Positions 9,263 through 18,707 of a DNA stretch of 64,000 nt are shown here, piece after piece. Under the pieces are notes generated by a model, which worked only from the letters and a program-made list of their open reading frames with translations, was not told the DNA's origin and searched no databases. The stretch covers positions 3,236 to 67,235 of the forward strand of contig ONRL01000002.1 in assembly GCA_900320225.1 (NCBI GenBank), in the 5' to 3' direction. Source of the DNA: an uncultured Lentisphaerota bacterium. GTDB taxonomy: Bacteria; Verrucomicrobiota; Kiritimatiellia; RFP12; UBA1067. Every line of letters begins with the position of its first letter. Positions within the stretch are counted from its first letter, which is position 1. Both the position numbers and the translations under genes were made by a program.

Positions 9263-10081
9263 TTACTTCACGCGCCCTTCCTTCTGGGCCCTTTCAACTT
9301 CGTCCGACAACCGCTTCATCCCCTCCTTGTCGCCGCGGGCGCGAAGAACCTCAATCTCGTCGTAGAGCTTGTCGATCTCGTCCCACGTATAGACTTTTCC
9401 GGGAGTCAGGGCCACGGACATTCCGCCGCCGGTTGCGCTGGGGTCGGGTGCGGCTGCCCCCGTACCGCCAGAAGGAGCGGCTATTCCAAGCTTGGTTGCG
9501 AAGAACTGCTGGATATGCCACGAAAGAACGTCGAAGTCGCCAGTCCTAACCGCCACGTTTATCGACGCGGCGTTAGGGCGCTGGTAGTCCACCCATGCGG
9601 CGTGGTACTTTCCCGCCTCGGATACGGCGTTGGCAAGGAAGCCGGGGAACTCCTGCTCGATCCGCGCCCCGAACTGCTGCCGGGTCACGGCGGCATTGCG
9701 CTGATCGCGCTCCGCCATCTGGGCCTTGAGCTGCGCAAGCTCGGCGTCGCGCGCCGCCATGGCCGCCTCCACCGTCTTCTGCGCAATGAGGGAAGTGCCC
9801 TTTGCGACAGACTCCGGCATGTCGTTCCTGATGTCTTCGGGCAGGGCGCTAAGCGCCTCCTGTGCCCTACCAGAGGCAGACAGCTCGGCGATCTTCGCCT
9901 CGAGCGCCTTCTTCTCTTCGTCCAGCTTCTTCACGCGCCCCTGTTCGACCTGTGCCGAGGCGAACTTGCGTTCCATCTCCTCGTACTTGGCCTTCCAGTC
10001 GGTCGTGTCGCCGCCGGCGTTACCCGTCGGAGACCCCTCGCCCGCGAGCGCGTCCATTGCCTTTTTCATTTCGTCGTTCAT
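9263..10081 (-). CDS. Scaffolding protein (272 aa)
   Basis: Lies between the portal and capsid genes. Highly charged, Ala/Glu/Lys-rich and helical (KAKYEEMERKFASAQVEQGRVKKLDEEKKALEAKIAELS). Confidence 0.55.
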   Translation of the reverse strand: MNDEMKKAMDALAGEGSPTGNAGGDTTDWKAKYEEMERKFASAQVEQGRVKKLDEEKKALEAKIAELSASGRAQEALSALPEDIRNDMPESVAKGTSLIAQKTVEAAMAARDAELAQLKAQMAERDQRNAAVTRQQFGARIEQEFPGFLANAVSEAGKYHAAWVDYQRPNAASINVAVRTGDFDVLSWHIQQFFATKLGIAAPSGGTGAAAPDPSATGGGMSVALTPGKVYTWDEIDKLYDEIEVLRARGDKEGMKRLSDEVERAQKEGRVK

Positions 10082-10173
10082 TTTCCTTTGCTCCTCATCA
10101 AGCCCCTTGCCACAGGGGAGTTGGTGTTGCCTCGCCGAGCCTCAAAACGGGAGGAATCGACGGACGGAATCGC

Positions 10174-10446
10174 CTAGGCAGACACTGAACCTCCTTCCGG
10201 GAATCCTCCGGCGTCCTGGGAGTTGGCTTGCCCCCTCAACGCCGCCAGAGCCCTTCCGGCTTCGTCAGACTTACCTAGACAAAATCTCATTTCCGCTATC
10301 ACGTCGCGCCGCACGTCATCGGGTTCGCCGATGGTGCACAGCCTGTGCGCGACATATAGCGAATGCTCCTTCAGCAGTGCCGAGAAGTCACGCAGACAAC
10401 CGGCCTTGTCGAGCATCGTGTAAAGCTTCATCCAGCCGTCGCTCAT
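10174..10446 (-). CDS. Hypothetical protein (90 aa)
   Basis: Its start has a 4-nt overlap with the portal stop, suggesting translational coupling. Confidence 0.45.
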   Translation of the reverse strand: MSDGWMKLYTMLDKAGCLRDFSALLKEHSLYVAHRLCTIGEPDDVRRDVIAEMRFCLGKSDEAGRALAALRGQANSQDAGGFPEGGSVSA

Positions 10447-12707
10447 GCTACTGACCTCCTTTCGGCCACACTACCGGGCGCGGGCGCGCCTTCGGCCGGC
10501 GGCGCAGCGACACCCTGTTCCTGCTGCATCCCTTCTACAGCCTGCTTCTCCGCGGCCGCCAGAGCGGCCAGTTTATTCATCTGCTCCAGCCACCGCGCGT
10601 GCTCCTCGCTTGGGAAGTCTGCGTCCGCGTTTATGTCGAGCCCCTTCACGATCGGACGCGCTATTGCAAGCGCGAGCTTCGGTCCGAGGAGCTGCATGAG
10701 CTGCGGGTTGGAGGTCATTATCTGGAAGAACTGCATACGCGCGCTGTCGAGCTGCGCCTTTAACATGCGTCCAAACATGCCGACCGGACGAATGTACACG
10801 TCGCCCTTTATCTCCTGGTCGTCGTCGTTCGCGAGGATCCAGTCCGCACAGCGCTGCGCCGTCGGCTTTATGATGCCGTCGTCGAACAGCATGGCGACCA
10901 TCTTCACGACGATCATCATGTGCTCTGTCATCTGGGCGAGTCCGCCGGAGGTGCGCAGCGCTCCCATGGCGCCGGAGGTCTGCCCCTCCGCGAAACGCGG
11001 GATGCCGCTGTCTATGTCCGCCTGCGACTGCCACTCCTCGAACTCGCGGATGAGCTGCGCCGCCTTCGTCGGGATATCGAGAACTCCCATCGGAGCGCCG
11101 TTCGCGCCGGACGGCGCGTACATCTCGTCGCCAAAGCGAAGAAAACCGTACGGGCGCCACCGGAGCGCGTCGGGGCTCTTATCGAGAAGCCGCTGCGCCT
11201 GATTGATCCACACCATCGGACCCGTCGCGCCGAGGTCGAGGAAGAGCGCCTTCGCCGTGTTGTTCTGCATCATCTGCACGAACGCCAGCTTGTCCGCAAT
11301 GCTCTCGCCCCAGAAGGCCCCCGGAAGCTCGTAGAACACACCCTTGGAAATCGGAACATCAAGCCTTGCATCGAGTATCCGGCAGTAGACCACCTTGCTG
11401 TCGATGACAATGGCCTCTACATGGTAGAAGTCGCCGAGAACAATCTTCTTGCCCTTGTTGTCCTGGACGATCCCTATCTCCGCTAGTTCCGAGCCGCGCA
11501 CGGACATGAAGCAACGCACGGCCTCGAACGTGCAGTCCTCCGTATCGCCGGCGCCGCCGTTCATCTCTGCGTCCTTCTTGCGCTGGTCCTCCGGCTCCAT
11601 GTGGAACTTCACGCCGCCGTTGGGATACTTCGCAAGCAAGGCGCGCACAACCTCTTCGTTCCACCCCTCGCCGTTCTTGTCGCGCGTCGCGCCGCCGTTG
11701 GAAAAGCGCCAAAGAGACTCCGCCGTGTACTTTTCGCGGATGCAGAACGGCCCGTCGGCCGGATTCTTCGCGTCGGGCGCAGGGTAGCAGTCCATCGGGT
11801 TGGGGCTCTCGAACACCGGCTTGACCCTGAAATCGCGGACAAACCTGCGGACCGTATCCTCGACGCCGTTCTCGCCCTTCACATTCTCCTCGACGACCTT
11901 GTTGCAGGCGACGACGCGCGGTATCGGGCCAATGACGAAGCACGTCCCGTAGAGGCAGCAGTTCGCGATCGCATTCGAAAGCGCCTTGTCGCCGCCGCCC
12001 TCGACGAACATGTCCCAGATCTTCTCCTGCATACGGCGGGCACGTACGTTCGCATACTCCTTGCGCCTGCCGTATATCTCGTCCCTGCGCTTGGACGGGG
12101 TGCTCTTGATGACCTCCAGGAGCAGCGCCTCCTGCTCCGGCGGTATCGGGTTCCCGCTGCGAGCCGAGGCGATTGCCGAAAAAATCGTGTTGATGTCCCG
12201 CATCATGGAAGCATCGACCTCGCGGTCCACGCTCTCCGGCACTTCCGGCCACGGAGACGGCGCAACCTCGAACAACGGCTCGCGGGCATTGTTCACTACG
12301 TCCACAAAGCGGGATTTTGCGCCGCGGGTCTTGGTGAACGTCAGCGAGGTGAAGAGCTTCTTCGCTATCAGAGGCGGAACGACGGTAGAAAGTGCCGCAA
12401 GCTGCTCGTCCGTGAACCTGTTTGTGTTTGCGTTGAGCGCATACTGAAGCCGTTCGGTGACGCCGGACCTTGCGCGGAACGAGACGTTGCGCCGCATCGC
12501 CGCGTTCACGAGCTCAGCCATCCTCGTCATGGGCTCGGTTTGCGGAACCTCCTCCACGGCCTCGGGCGAAAGCACCTCCGCAGGCGCAGGGGACGCAATG
12601 GCCGCAGCCCCCTGTGGGGCCGTCATATCGCGCGTTTGCGCGTCTAGCGCCGCGCCGAATATCTGTGACACCGCGTCCATGAGTCTGATTCTAAGGGCAC
12701 TTGACAT
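10443..12707 (-). CDS. Portal protein (754 aa)
   Basis: Large ORF directly downstream of TerL and upstream of the scaffold and capsid genes. The call rests on size and synteny. Confidence 0.6.
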   Translation of the reverse strand: MSSALRIRLMDAVSQIFGAALDAQTRDMTAPQGAAAIASPAPAEVLSPEAVEEVPQTEPMTRMAELVNAAMRRNVSFRARSGVTERLQYALNANTNRFTDEQLAALSTVVPPLIAKKLFTSLTFTKTRGAKSRFVDVVNNAREPLFEVAPSPWPEVPESVDREVDASMMRDINTIFSAIASARSGNPIPPEQEALLLEVIKSTPSKRRDEIYGRRKEYANVRARRMQEKIWDMFVEGGGDKALSNAIANCCLYGTCFVIGPIPRVVACNKVVEENVKGENGVEDTVRRFVRDFRVKPVFESPNPMDCYPAPDAKNPADGPFCIREKYTAESLWRFSNGGATRDKNGEGWNEEVVRALLAKYPNGGVKFHMEPEDQRKKDAEMNGGAGDTEDCTFEAVRCFMSVRGSELAEIGIVQDNKGKKIVLGDFYHVEAIVIDSKVVYCRILDARLDVPISKGVFYELPGAFWGESIADKLAFVQMMQNNTAKALFLDLGATGPMVWINQAQRLLDKSPDALRWRPYGFLRFGDEMYAPSGANGAPMGVLDIPTKAAQLIREFEEWQSQADIDSGIPRFAEGQTSGAMGALRTSGGLAQMTEHMMIVVKMVAMLFDDGIIKPTAQRCADWILANDDDQEIKGDVYIRPVGMFGRMLKAQLDSARMQFFQIMTSNPQLMQLLGPKLALAIARPIVKGLDINADADFPSEEHARWLEQMNKLAALAAAEKQAVEGMQQEQGVAAPPAEGAPAPGSVAERRSVA

Positions 12708-12740
12708 CGCTTGACGTCAATATCTCAAAAAAAAAAATTC

Positions 12741-14387
12741 CTAGCAGCCGAAATTACACCCGCCGACCGGCTGATAGGCGTCCTGCGAGAACCCCCGGAG
12801 CCCGCCCGAATACCCTCCGGCCGACATCGAGAACGCCCCGCCCTTCCACCCTGTTGAACCAACCACGACGTACTGGAGCGCGTCGGAGACATGCGAGAAC
12901 TTCGACTCCTTGTCCGGCTTGTCGTCGTACCGCGCCGAACCATCGGCAGCCCGCTTCTTCCGGTAGCAGTACCCGCCGTTCATGGCCTCGCGGAGCGTCT
13001 TGCACCCCTTTCGCGACATCAGGAACATCGGCATCGCCGCCCCGTTCTCGCCCTTGTATATCTGCCGGAGGATCGCGTCTACCGCCGTGATTCGCACGGT
13101 GACGTCGTTGTTCACTAGCTCCGGGATCACGACCTCCAGCCCCTTGCTCTTCAGGTAGTTGTACGCCGAAATGGTGGACATCTCCGTCCGGTTCTGCCCC
13201 GCCGGGTCGATGAACACCGTGCACGGCGTCTGCGGCCAGTTGAAGTCCCGCATCAGCCGCGGGATAAGATTCTCCTCCACGAACGGCGGCACCATCTTGT
13301 TGAACTCCACCTCCTCGCCAAGGACGCGGAACTGCCCGAGGCGCGTCCGCTGGCAAATCACCGCAGCCGGGTTGCCGCCGAGATCCATGCCGACGAACGT
13401 CCGCGTCCCCCGCTCGAACGGCAACTCCTCGTCCGTCGAGTGGATGTTGTCGATGTACCCCGGCCACACCGGAAGCCCCGCCCTGATCTTGCCGTACTCG
13501 TTGAGGAGCCGCCGCTTGATGTAGTCCTCGTCCGCGCCGACAAGCTGCTTCTCATAGTAGTCCCACCCGTCCTGAAGGTTCTCGATGTTCTCGCACGGCC
13601 CGTCCGTGCCGAAGAATTTGTGCCCCGCCTCGTCGTTCCGCACATAGAACACGTCGCCTACCTTCGTGTAGACGCACCCCGACTCCCGCGGCGGCGGCTT
13701 CGTCGTGCGGATCATCGCCGGCGGCTGGATTATCCAGATCATCCTCTCCGGCTTCGTCACCTGCTCAAGCTGGTACCACCACGAGGAGTCCGTCGGCGTG
13801 TTCGTGTCCATCAGGACGCCGAACGAAAGCCCCTTCCACCCCTGCGCCGAAGCCCCAGGCGGCTTGAAGCGCCCGACGCGCTCCTGCACCTTGTGGATCA
13901 TCTCCCAGTCCTGCGCCGCCGCCTCGTTGAAGTACGCCCCCGAAAGCGAAAGGCCGTCGATGTCGTTCACGAACGTCGGCGCCCCGCTCGCGTAGAACTC
14001 AAGTTCGATCCGGACCCAGACATTCTTCCCCTCGTCGTCCACACGCATCGAGGGTATCTCGTACACGCCGTGAATCGGCGGCGCCGTCCACATGCGCATG
14101 TTCGGCCCCTCGGGATGCCAGTCGAGCCAGTCCCTGATCGTCGTCTTCTGCAGCGCCTGGAACGTGTCGCGGAACATCCCCCACCGCGTCCACCGCACCA
14201 TCTTGTTCGTCGCCGGGTCGAAGATCGGCGGCTGCATGTGCGACTTCATCACGATGTCCTGCTGGCATATCACCGTCTTGCCACACCCCGGTACCCCGCG
14301 GATCGCCTTGTACAGGTACGTCCCGGGCGCCGCCGAATGAAACGCCACCCCCGAAGGCGACGCCTTGTACGTGAAGTCCCGGCTCAT
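12741..14387 (-). CDS. terL: Terminase large subunit (548 aa)
   Basis: N-terminal P-loop (GVPGCGKT). C-terminal RNaseH-like nuclease signatures (FVGMDLGG, VFIDPAG, SHVSDALQYVV). Located upstream of the portal gene. Confidence 0.8.
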   Translation of the reverse strand: MSRDFTYKASPSGVAFHSAAPGTYLYKAIRGVPGCGKTVICQQDIVMKSHMQPPIFDPATNKMVRWTRWGMFRDTFQALQKTTIRDWLDWHPEGPNMRMWTAPPIHGVYEIPSMRVDDEGKNVWVRIELEFYASGAPTFVNDIDGLSLSGAYFNEAAAQDWEMIHKVQERVGRFKPPGASAQGWKGLSFGVLMDTNTPTDSSWWYQLEQVTKPERMIWIIQPPAMIRTTKPPPRESGCVYTKVGDVFYVRNDEAGHKFFGTDGPCENIENLQDGWDYYEKQLVGADEDYIKRRLLNEYGKIRAGLPVWPGYIDNIHSTDEELPFERGTRTFVGMDLGGNPAAVICQRTRLGQFRVLGEEVEFNKMVPPFVEENLIPRLMRDFNWPQTPCTVFIDPAGQNRTEMSTISAYNYLKSKGLEVVIPELVNNDVTVRITAVDAILRQIYKGENGAAMPMFLMSRKGCKTLREAMNGGYCYRKKRAADGSARYDDKPDKESKFSHVSDALQYVVVGSTGWKGGAFSMSAGGYSGGLRGFSQDAYQPVGGCNFGC

Positions 14388-15079
14388 ACGTCAACGACCT
14401 CCGCCGCCGGCTTCGCCTCAACCCGCCTAGCCAACTCCGCCGGCGCAACGATCCAGTTCACCGTCATGTTCGGGAAGTTGTACGAGATCCCCTTCTTCGC
14501 GTCCGAACCGCCGCCGGCCTCCTCGCCGTCGCCGTACACGTCCTTCACCGTCGCCTTCAGCGAAAGCTCCACCGCCCGCTGGTTCAGCTCACACCCCTCC
14601 TCCGTCACCAGACGCTCCTGCGCCAGCTGCGCCGCGTAGCCCGTGTCGATCGCCCTCGCCCGCGTCACCTTCTGGCTCGCCCTCGTGATGTACTCGTACA
14701 CCAGCCGAAGCTCTGGGTGGTAGTCCTGCCCAACGAACAGCGCGTCCGTCGTCACCCCGTGCTCCGCGAATATCTTCGAAATCCCCCGCATCCGCTCGGC
14801 GCCGCCGACCCTGTTGCCGTAGTAGTCCACCAGCGCCGCCTTCACTTTCTCCACCGGGAACGAAACCGCAAGCCCCCGCTCCTTCGCCCGCCGCCACTTC
14901 TTCTTCGCCGCCGCCTGGCTCTTCGCCCAGCTCTCCTCGCCCTTCTCGTCCAAATCGAGCTCCGCGTACCCGAACAGCTGCTCCCACGTGACCGACGGCG
15001 AACCTACCGGCGCGGACTCCTCCACGTCGGCCACTCCCGTCAGGCTTCTGGCACACTTCCGTCTCATCGCCGCTATCAT
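14384..15079 (-). CDS. Putative terminase small subunit (by position only)
   Basis: First gene of the late operon, with a 4-nt overlap onto terL. I trimmed the Arg-rich N-terminal extension of the track ORF (to 15211) back to MIAAMRRK. Confidence 0.35.
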   Translation of the reverse strand: MIAAMRRKCARSLTGVADVEESAPVGSPSVTWEQLFGYAELDLDEKGEESWAKSQAAAKKKWRRAKERGLAVSFPVEKVKAALVDYYGNRVGGAERMRGISKIFAEHGVTTDALFVGQDYHPELRLVYEYITRASQKVTRARAIDTGYAAQLAQERLVTEEGCELNQRAVELSLKATVKDVYGDGEEAGGGSDAKKGISYNFPNMTVNWIVAPAELARRVEAKPAAEVVDV

Positions 15080-15392
15080 ACCCCCGCTTGACGCCACTTG
15101 ACATGTCGCCCCGGAATTTTTCGCACACGGGTCCCTCCCTGCGCGCCGGCGACGGGACCCCGCCTCGCCCCCATACCCCAACCGCGCCGCTCCGACGCGA
15201 TCCGCCCACATACAGGGGCCCCCTCATTAGACCTTCTGCCCCCGCCCGCCCGCTGACACCCACACGCGCCCCCACACCCACCCCCGCGCTCGACCGCCTG
15301 GCGCCGGTGATTGGTGTCTGCGAAAGTCGCGCGAAAATCTACGAGAAAATAGGGCATCACGGCGCGTCGTGTGGCGCGTGCTGCGCGGGGAA

Positions 15393-15488
15393 TTGGCGCG
15401 CGCGTTGGGTTTGAAACCCACGGAACACGGCGCGAACCTCTGCCATTTTTGGGATTTCGGCGCAGATTTGGCGCGCGCGTTGGGTTTG
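15393..15488. repeat. Two exact copies of the 21-mer TTGGCGCGCGCGTTGGGTTTG, 75 bp apart
   Basis: The copies lie at 15393-15413 and 15468-15488. The first runs into the hairpin GGGTTTGAAACCC. Confidence 0.85.
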
Positions 15489-15706
15489 CGGCGCGTTTCT
15501 CGCATCGTTCTTACACTCTTTTTCGCTCATGATGAGGGCCGATGGTTAGTCCGTCGCGGCTCGCTTTTCGGCCTGTTGCCGAGGTTGCGCTTGTCTTGGT
15601 GCAGGATTCGGCGCGCTTGTGCCGGTGCTGGCGTGATCCTGGCGCGCTGCGAGGATTGCGCGCGCGCATCCGCGACCGATTTTTTGAAAACGAGACCCGG
15701 CGCCAG

Positions 15707-15967
15707 GGCGAAACGAAGCGCGCGCGAAAGTAGTAAATAGTTTTTTTAATAGTCAATTAAATGGTAGTAATGGTAGTGTACTACGCGCATACGCGCGTAC
15801 ACGCGTACACGCGTGAGCGCATGACACGCGACGCGCTACGCACGCGCACGCGTAGCGCGCGGAGTTGCCGTGAGCCAACGGCGAAAAGGCGAAACGAAAT
15901 AGGGTATACCCCCTTTAGGGGGTACCCTATCATTTCGTTTCGCGTGGGCGGCAACGGGCGAAACGAA
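15707..15967. repeat. Iteron-like GGCGAAACGAA motif, 3 direct copies plus 1 inverted
   Basis: Direct copies at 15707-15717, 15888-15898 and 15957-15967. An inverted 10/11 copy lies at 15934-15943. An AT-rich block (15728-15778) sits between the first copy and the others. Confidence 0.8.
15889..15943. repeat. 55-bp imperfect palindrome / cruciform-capable element
   Basis: GCGAAACGAAATAGGGTATACCCCCT TT AGGGGGTACCCTATCATTTCGTTTCGC. The arms pair apart from two small bulges. Confidence 0.85.
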
Positions 15968-15973
15968 ACAGCA

Positions 15974-16028
15974 GGCGAAATTTCGCCATTTCGCCATTTC
16001 GCCATTTCTCACGCGTGCAGGCGTGCAG
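15974..16028. repeat. 14-bp palindrome, then 3 x 8-bp tandem TTTCGCCA, then 2 x 8-bp tandem GCGTGCAG
   Basis: GGCGAAATTTCGCC at 15974-15987. The TTTCGCCA x3 array spans 15981-16004. GCGTGCAG x2 spans 16013-16028. Confidence 0.85.
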
Positions 16029-16098
16029 GCGTACGCGCGCGAGGGAGAAAAAAAAAACCGAACGCAAATTATTTTTTTATTTCTCTATTATTTCCCTG

Positions 16099-16128
16099 TT
16101 GACGCATTACCCAATTATATGATATCAT
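16099..16128 (+). promoter_or_regulatory. Early promoter candidate (TTGACG, 18 bp spacer, TGaTATCAT extended -10)
   Basis: TTGACG at 16099-16104 and TGATATCAT at 16120-16128. It sits about 50 nt upstream of the first plus-strand gene. Confidence 0.55.
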
Positions 16129-16178
16129 ACTCGACGCCAAGCGGGAATAGGCCCGCGGCGACAACGGAGAAACGAATA

Positions 16179-16526
16179 ATGAAAACAATTATCGAGGAAA
16201 ATATCAAAATCGAAACAGTTGACAGCAACGAATTGTGGCGCATATGGCGCGACAGAGAACCGGACGGCAACAACTATGGCTACCCGGTTAGGGTCAGGAA
16301 CCCAACCAGAGCCGTAGAGGCAGTTCTTCGCGGCCAACTCGTTGGTGTACACCAACGCGGCTCTCATTGCGACGTTTACCTGGTTGATGATGCCACAGGG
16401 ACGAACTCCGTACTGATCGGGACGGTGACAAACGTTGACGAGGCATCCGGCCTATACCTATGCCAACCGATGGGAACGCGCAACTCGCCAAACGAATGCC
16501 GTGCTCGTGTATATTGCTACAACTAA
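16179..16526 (+). CDS. First early protein (115 aa), unknown function
   Basis: ATG at 16179 preceded by GGAGAAACGAATA. I trimmed this from the track ORF 16023..16526. Confidence 0.55.
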   Translation: MKTIIEENIKIETVDSNELWRIWRDREPDGNNYGYPVRVRNPTRAVEAVLRGQLVGVHQRGSHCDVYLVDDATGTNSVLIGTVTNVDEASGLYLCQPMGTRNSPNECRARVYCYN

Positions 16527-16557
16527 ACCACGAACCATAAAACAAGGAGAATAGACA

Positions 16558-16998
16558 ATGGACACGACAACGACGGCGCGCGTGAGGATAGCGGACATCC
16601 GCGCGGACCTGGACAACTACAGCAAAACCTCGACCTGGCGGCGGGGAATCGCAGCGGCGGCGCGCGACCTGTGCGACGATCTAGAGGAGGCGGCGCGCTT
16701 TCGCGGCTGCCCTGGCGAGGTTCCGGCGGCGAATGCGGACGAACTGCGCGCGCTTCTCTTGAACGGCGCGGGCGACTGGCAGCAGTTCAGCGCGGGCGGT
16801 TGCGCGCTCGTGGCAAACGAGGACATAGCCGAGCGGTATTTTCCGCCGTCGCGACGTGATCGGGAGTTTCGCCGGTGCGACGCAAACCCGGTGCACCTCC
16901 TCAACATCCAGGCGTACGCGCTCGCGAACGCTTCCGCGCGGATTGTCGCTTGCTGGCGTTCGCTGGCGCGCCGTGCGGGTATCATTATCACCAAGTAA
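16558..16998 (+). CDS. Early hypothetical protein (146 aa)
   Basis: RBS AAGGAGAATAGACA precedes the ATG. Notable motif: LLNGAGDWQQFSAGGCALVANEDIAERYFPPS. No function assigned. Confidence 0.6.
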   Translation: MDTTTTARVRIADIRADLDNYSKTSTWRRGIAAAARDLCDDLEEAARFRGCPGEVPAANADELRALLLNGAGDWQQFSAGGCALVANEDIAERYFPPSRRDREFRRCDANPVHLLNIQAYALANASARIVACWRSLARRAGIIITK

Positions 16999-17017
16999 CA
17001 CGAAAGGAGCAAAACCA

Positions 17018-17542
17018 ATGAACACCACAGACACCAATACGACCACGGGCCGCCCGGGCCTCACATTCAATCACCCCAACGCCAGAGGGACCGGCGGCGC
17101 GGTACAGTTCGCGCTTCGTCCGGCGCGGATGGCCGAGGGGCACAGGATCGAGGGCGGAATCCACGTATACCTTGCGCCGCAGCGCGGGGAGGGTTTCGAC
17201 TGGGCGCACGCGCTGGAGTTCGACCTTCGCGCGGAGGATGTCGGGCGCGTCCTTGAGCGGCGCGCACGCCGGGCGGAGAGGCGGACGGCGAAACGCCGCG
17301 AGGCGAACGCCGGGCTTTTGCCGTGGCTTCGACGCGACGGGCGGAGCCATGTAGTATGGACAACCACGACGCACAGCAGGAGGGCGAATGCCAAGACCTG
17401 GACGGGGTATTGGTTATTCGAGGACGGCAAGCCGCGCTTTTATTGCGGCACGGGCGACGACTGGCGCGCAACCGCGCGCTTTGCCGCCGGTTATTCGGAA
17501 ATTCTGGTTTGGGACAATCCAGCGGAGGAGGCGGGGAAATGA
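17018..17542 (+). CDS. Early hypothetical protein (174 aa)
   Basis: RBS AAAGGAGCAAAACCA precedes the ATG at 17018. The track ORF begins at 16856. Confidence 0.55.
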   Translation: MNTTDTNTTTGRPGLTFNHPNARGTGGAVQFALRPARMAEGHRIEGGIHVYLAPQRGEGFDWAHALEFDLRAEDVGRVLERRARRAERRTAKRREANAGLLPWLRRDGRSHVVWTTTTHSRRANAKTWTGYWLFEDGKPRFYCGTGDDWRATARFAAGYSEILVWDNPAEEAGK

Positions 17543-17622
17543 GCATATTGGACAATGTTTTATTCTGGCTGGTGCTGGCGATTGCGCCGGTGCTGGTGCT
17601 GATAAACATCCTAGCGGGATGA
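17539..17622 (+). CDS. 27-aa hydrophobic peptide (MSILDNVLFWLVLAIAPVLVLINILAG)
   Basis: ATGA overlap with the upstream stop. It forms a single predicted TM helix. Confidence 0.4.
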   Translation: MSILDNVLFWLVLAIAPVLVLINILAG

Positions 17623-17731
17623 CTGCCGAAACGCGGGCGGGTTCGTTCGTCCGCGTCGTCGTGCGCTGGCTACGCACGGCCTGAAGATGGCAAGCCGACA
17701 GAAGCAAGGCCGCGAGGCCGGAAAGGAACAA

Positions 17732-18121
17732 ATGAAAAACAAACTTGAAAAACTGTTGTCCAACATGTGCTTGCACAAGGGCGGCGACTCGTCCAACTGG
17801 CGCGTATACGACTGCGGCGAAGTTGGCGGATGCTACGAGCTGGAGCAGTGGAGCGACGAGGGCGAGGACGTGATTATCACACTTCGCGGCGCGACGCTTG
17901 CCGAGCTTGCCGCCGATGCGCGGGAGGCATGGGAGAACTTCGACGCGGACGAACACGCGGTGCAAATCTATCTCGCCAAGCGCAACGGCGACGAGAACGC
18001 GCGACGGTTCTACGCCGCCGCGCCGGACTCCCTGCGCGAGCTTCTGGCAGACGCGCGGAACATCAAGGCCATGCACAGGTGGGTTTACAGGACCCTAACA
18101 AAGGCGGCGCGTGCCGCCTAA
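17732..18121 (+). CDS. Early hypothetical acidic protein (129 aa)
   Basis: RBS GAAAGGAACAA precedes the ATG at 17732. Confidence 0.55.
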   Translation: MKNKLEKLLSNMCLHKGGDSSNWRVYDCGEVGGCYELEQWSDEGEDVIITLRGATLAELAADAREAWENFDADEHAVQIYLAKRNGDENARRFYAAAPDSLRELLADARNIKAMHRWVYRTLTKAARAA

Positions 18122-18138
18122 CGAAAGGACAGGACAAA

Positions 18139-18456
18139 ATGAGCAAACAGGAAGCAAGGAACACGGCTGCGGGCATGGTGCGCGATGCGCTTCAGCAGCT
18201 CGCCAACTGGGAGCGGGTGCAGGACTTGCGCCAGTTCGAGAACACGAAGGAGGAGGCCGCGCGCTTGCTCGACATGGCGGAGACGGCGCTCAACTACTTT
18301 GAGTGGCACTATGACTTCCCGCAGGAAGACGCAGAGTCGAAACTCGAGGCGGTGCGGAACGCCATAGACAACACGGGCAACAAGTGGAACATCGAAGTGC
18401 TGGACGCGATACGCGAAATCGTCTTCCCGCAGGAGGAAAGCGAGGTGACTGAATGA
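18139..18456 (+). CDS. Early hypothetical helical protein (105 aa)
   Basis: RBS GAAAGGACAGGACAAA precedes the ATG at 18139. Confidence 0.55.
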   Translation: MSKQEARNTAAGMVRDALQQLANWERVQDLRQFENTKEEAARLLDMAETALNYFEWHYDFPQEDAESKLEAVRNAIDNTGNKWNIEVLDAIREIVFPQEESEVTE

Positions 18457-18707
18457 AACTGTGCACTAGACGCGAAATCCGGTGGCTTCGGCTGCGGTTC
18501 GCCCGCGACTGGCGCAAACTCGCCATCGTGCCGGTGACGACCGCGGCCTGGATCGCCGCCGTGTCGCTGGCGCTGCCGGCGGACGGCGACCTGACGGGCG
18601 TCGAGACGGCGTTCCTGGTGGCGTCGTTCGCTGCGGTGTTCCTTGGAAACCTCATAACGGCCAACTGGCCGAAGAAGAAAGCGGCGGAAGGCGAGGGGCG
18701 GCCATGA
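18453..18707 (+). CDS. Small membrane protein (84 aa, two hydrophobic segments)
   Basis: ATGA-coupled at both ends. Confidence 0.5.
   Translation: MKLCTRREIRWLRLRFARDWRKLAIVPVTTAAWIAAVSLALPADGDLTGVETAFLVASFAAVFLGNLITANWPKKKAAEGEGRP

Noticed and set aside
7033-9549. 838-aa plus-strand ORF across the capsid/scaffold region, and similar long antisense ORFs (13440..14639, 11601..12647, 9197..10177, 55407..56478)
   Set aside because: They are antisense to synteny-supported structural genes (capsid, scaffold, portal, TerL). They are Arg/Val/Leu/His-rich, and they lack a ribosome-binding site and start-codon context. They are shadow ORFs.
12708-12740. TTGACA/TTGACG motifs, the 10-bp palindrome TTGACGTCAA and an A11 run between terL and the portal gene, as a possible internal promoter or slippery site
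   Set aside because: The -35-like hexamers are on the non-transcribed (plus) strand for these genes and have no matching -10. The homopolymer is intergenic. There is insufficient evidence for a function.
15227-16102. Short ORFs inside the divergent control region (15227..15505, 15369..15740, 15511..15756, 15761..16102 and others)
   Set aside because: They are Arg/Ala-rich, overlap one another in different frames, have no ribosome-binding sites, and are built from the repeats and palindromes themselves. I treat the region as non-coding.
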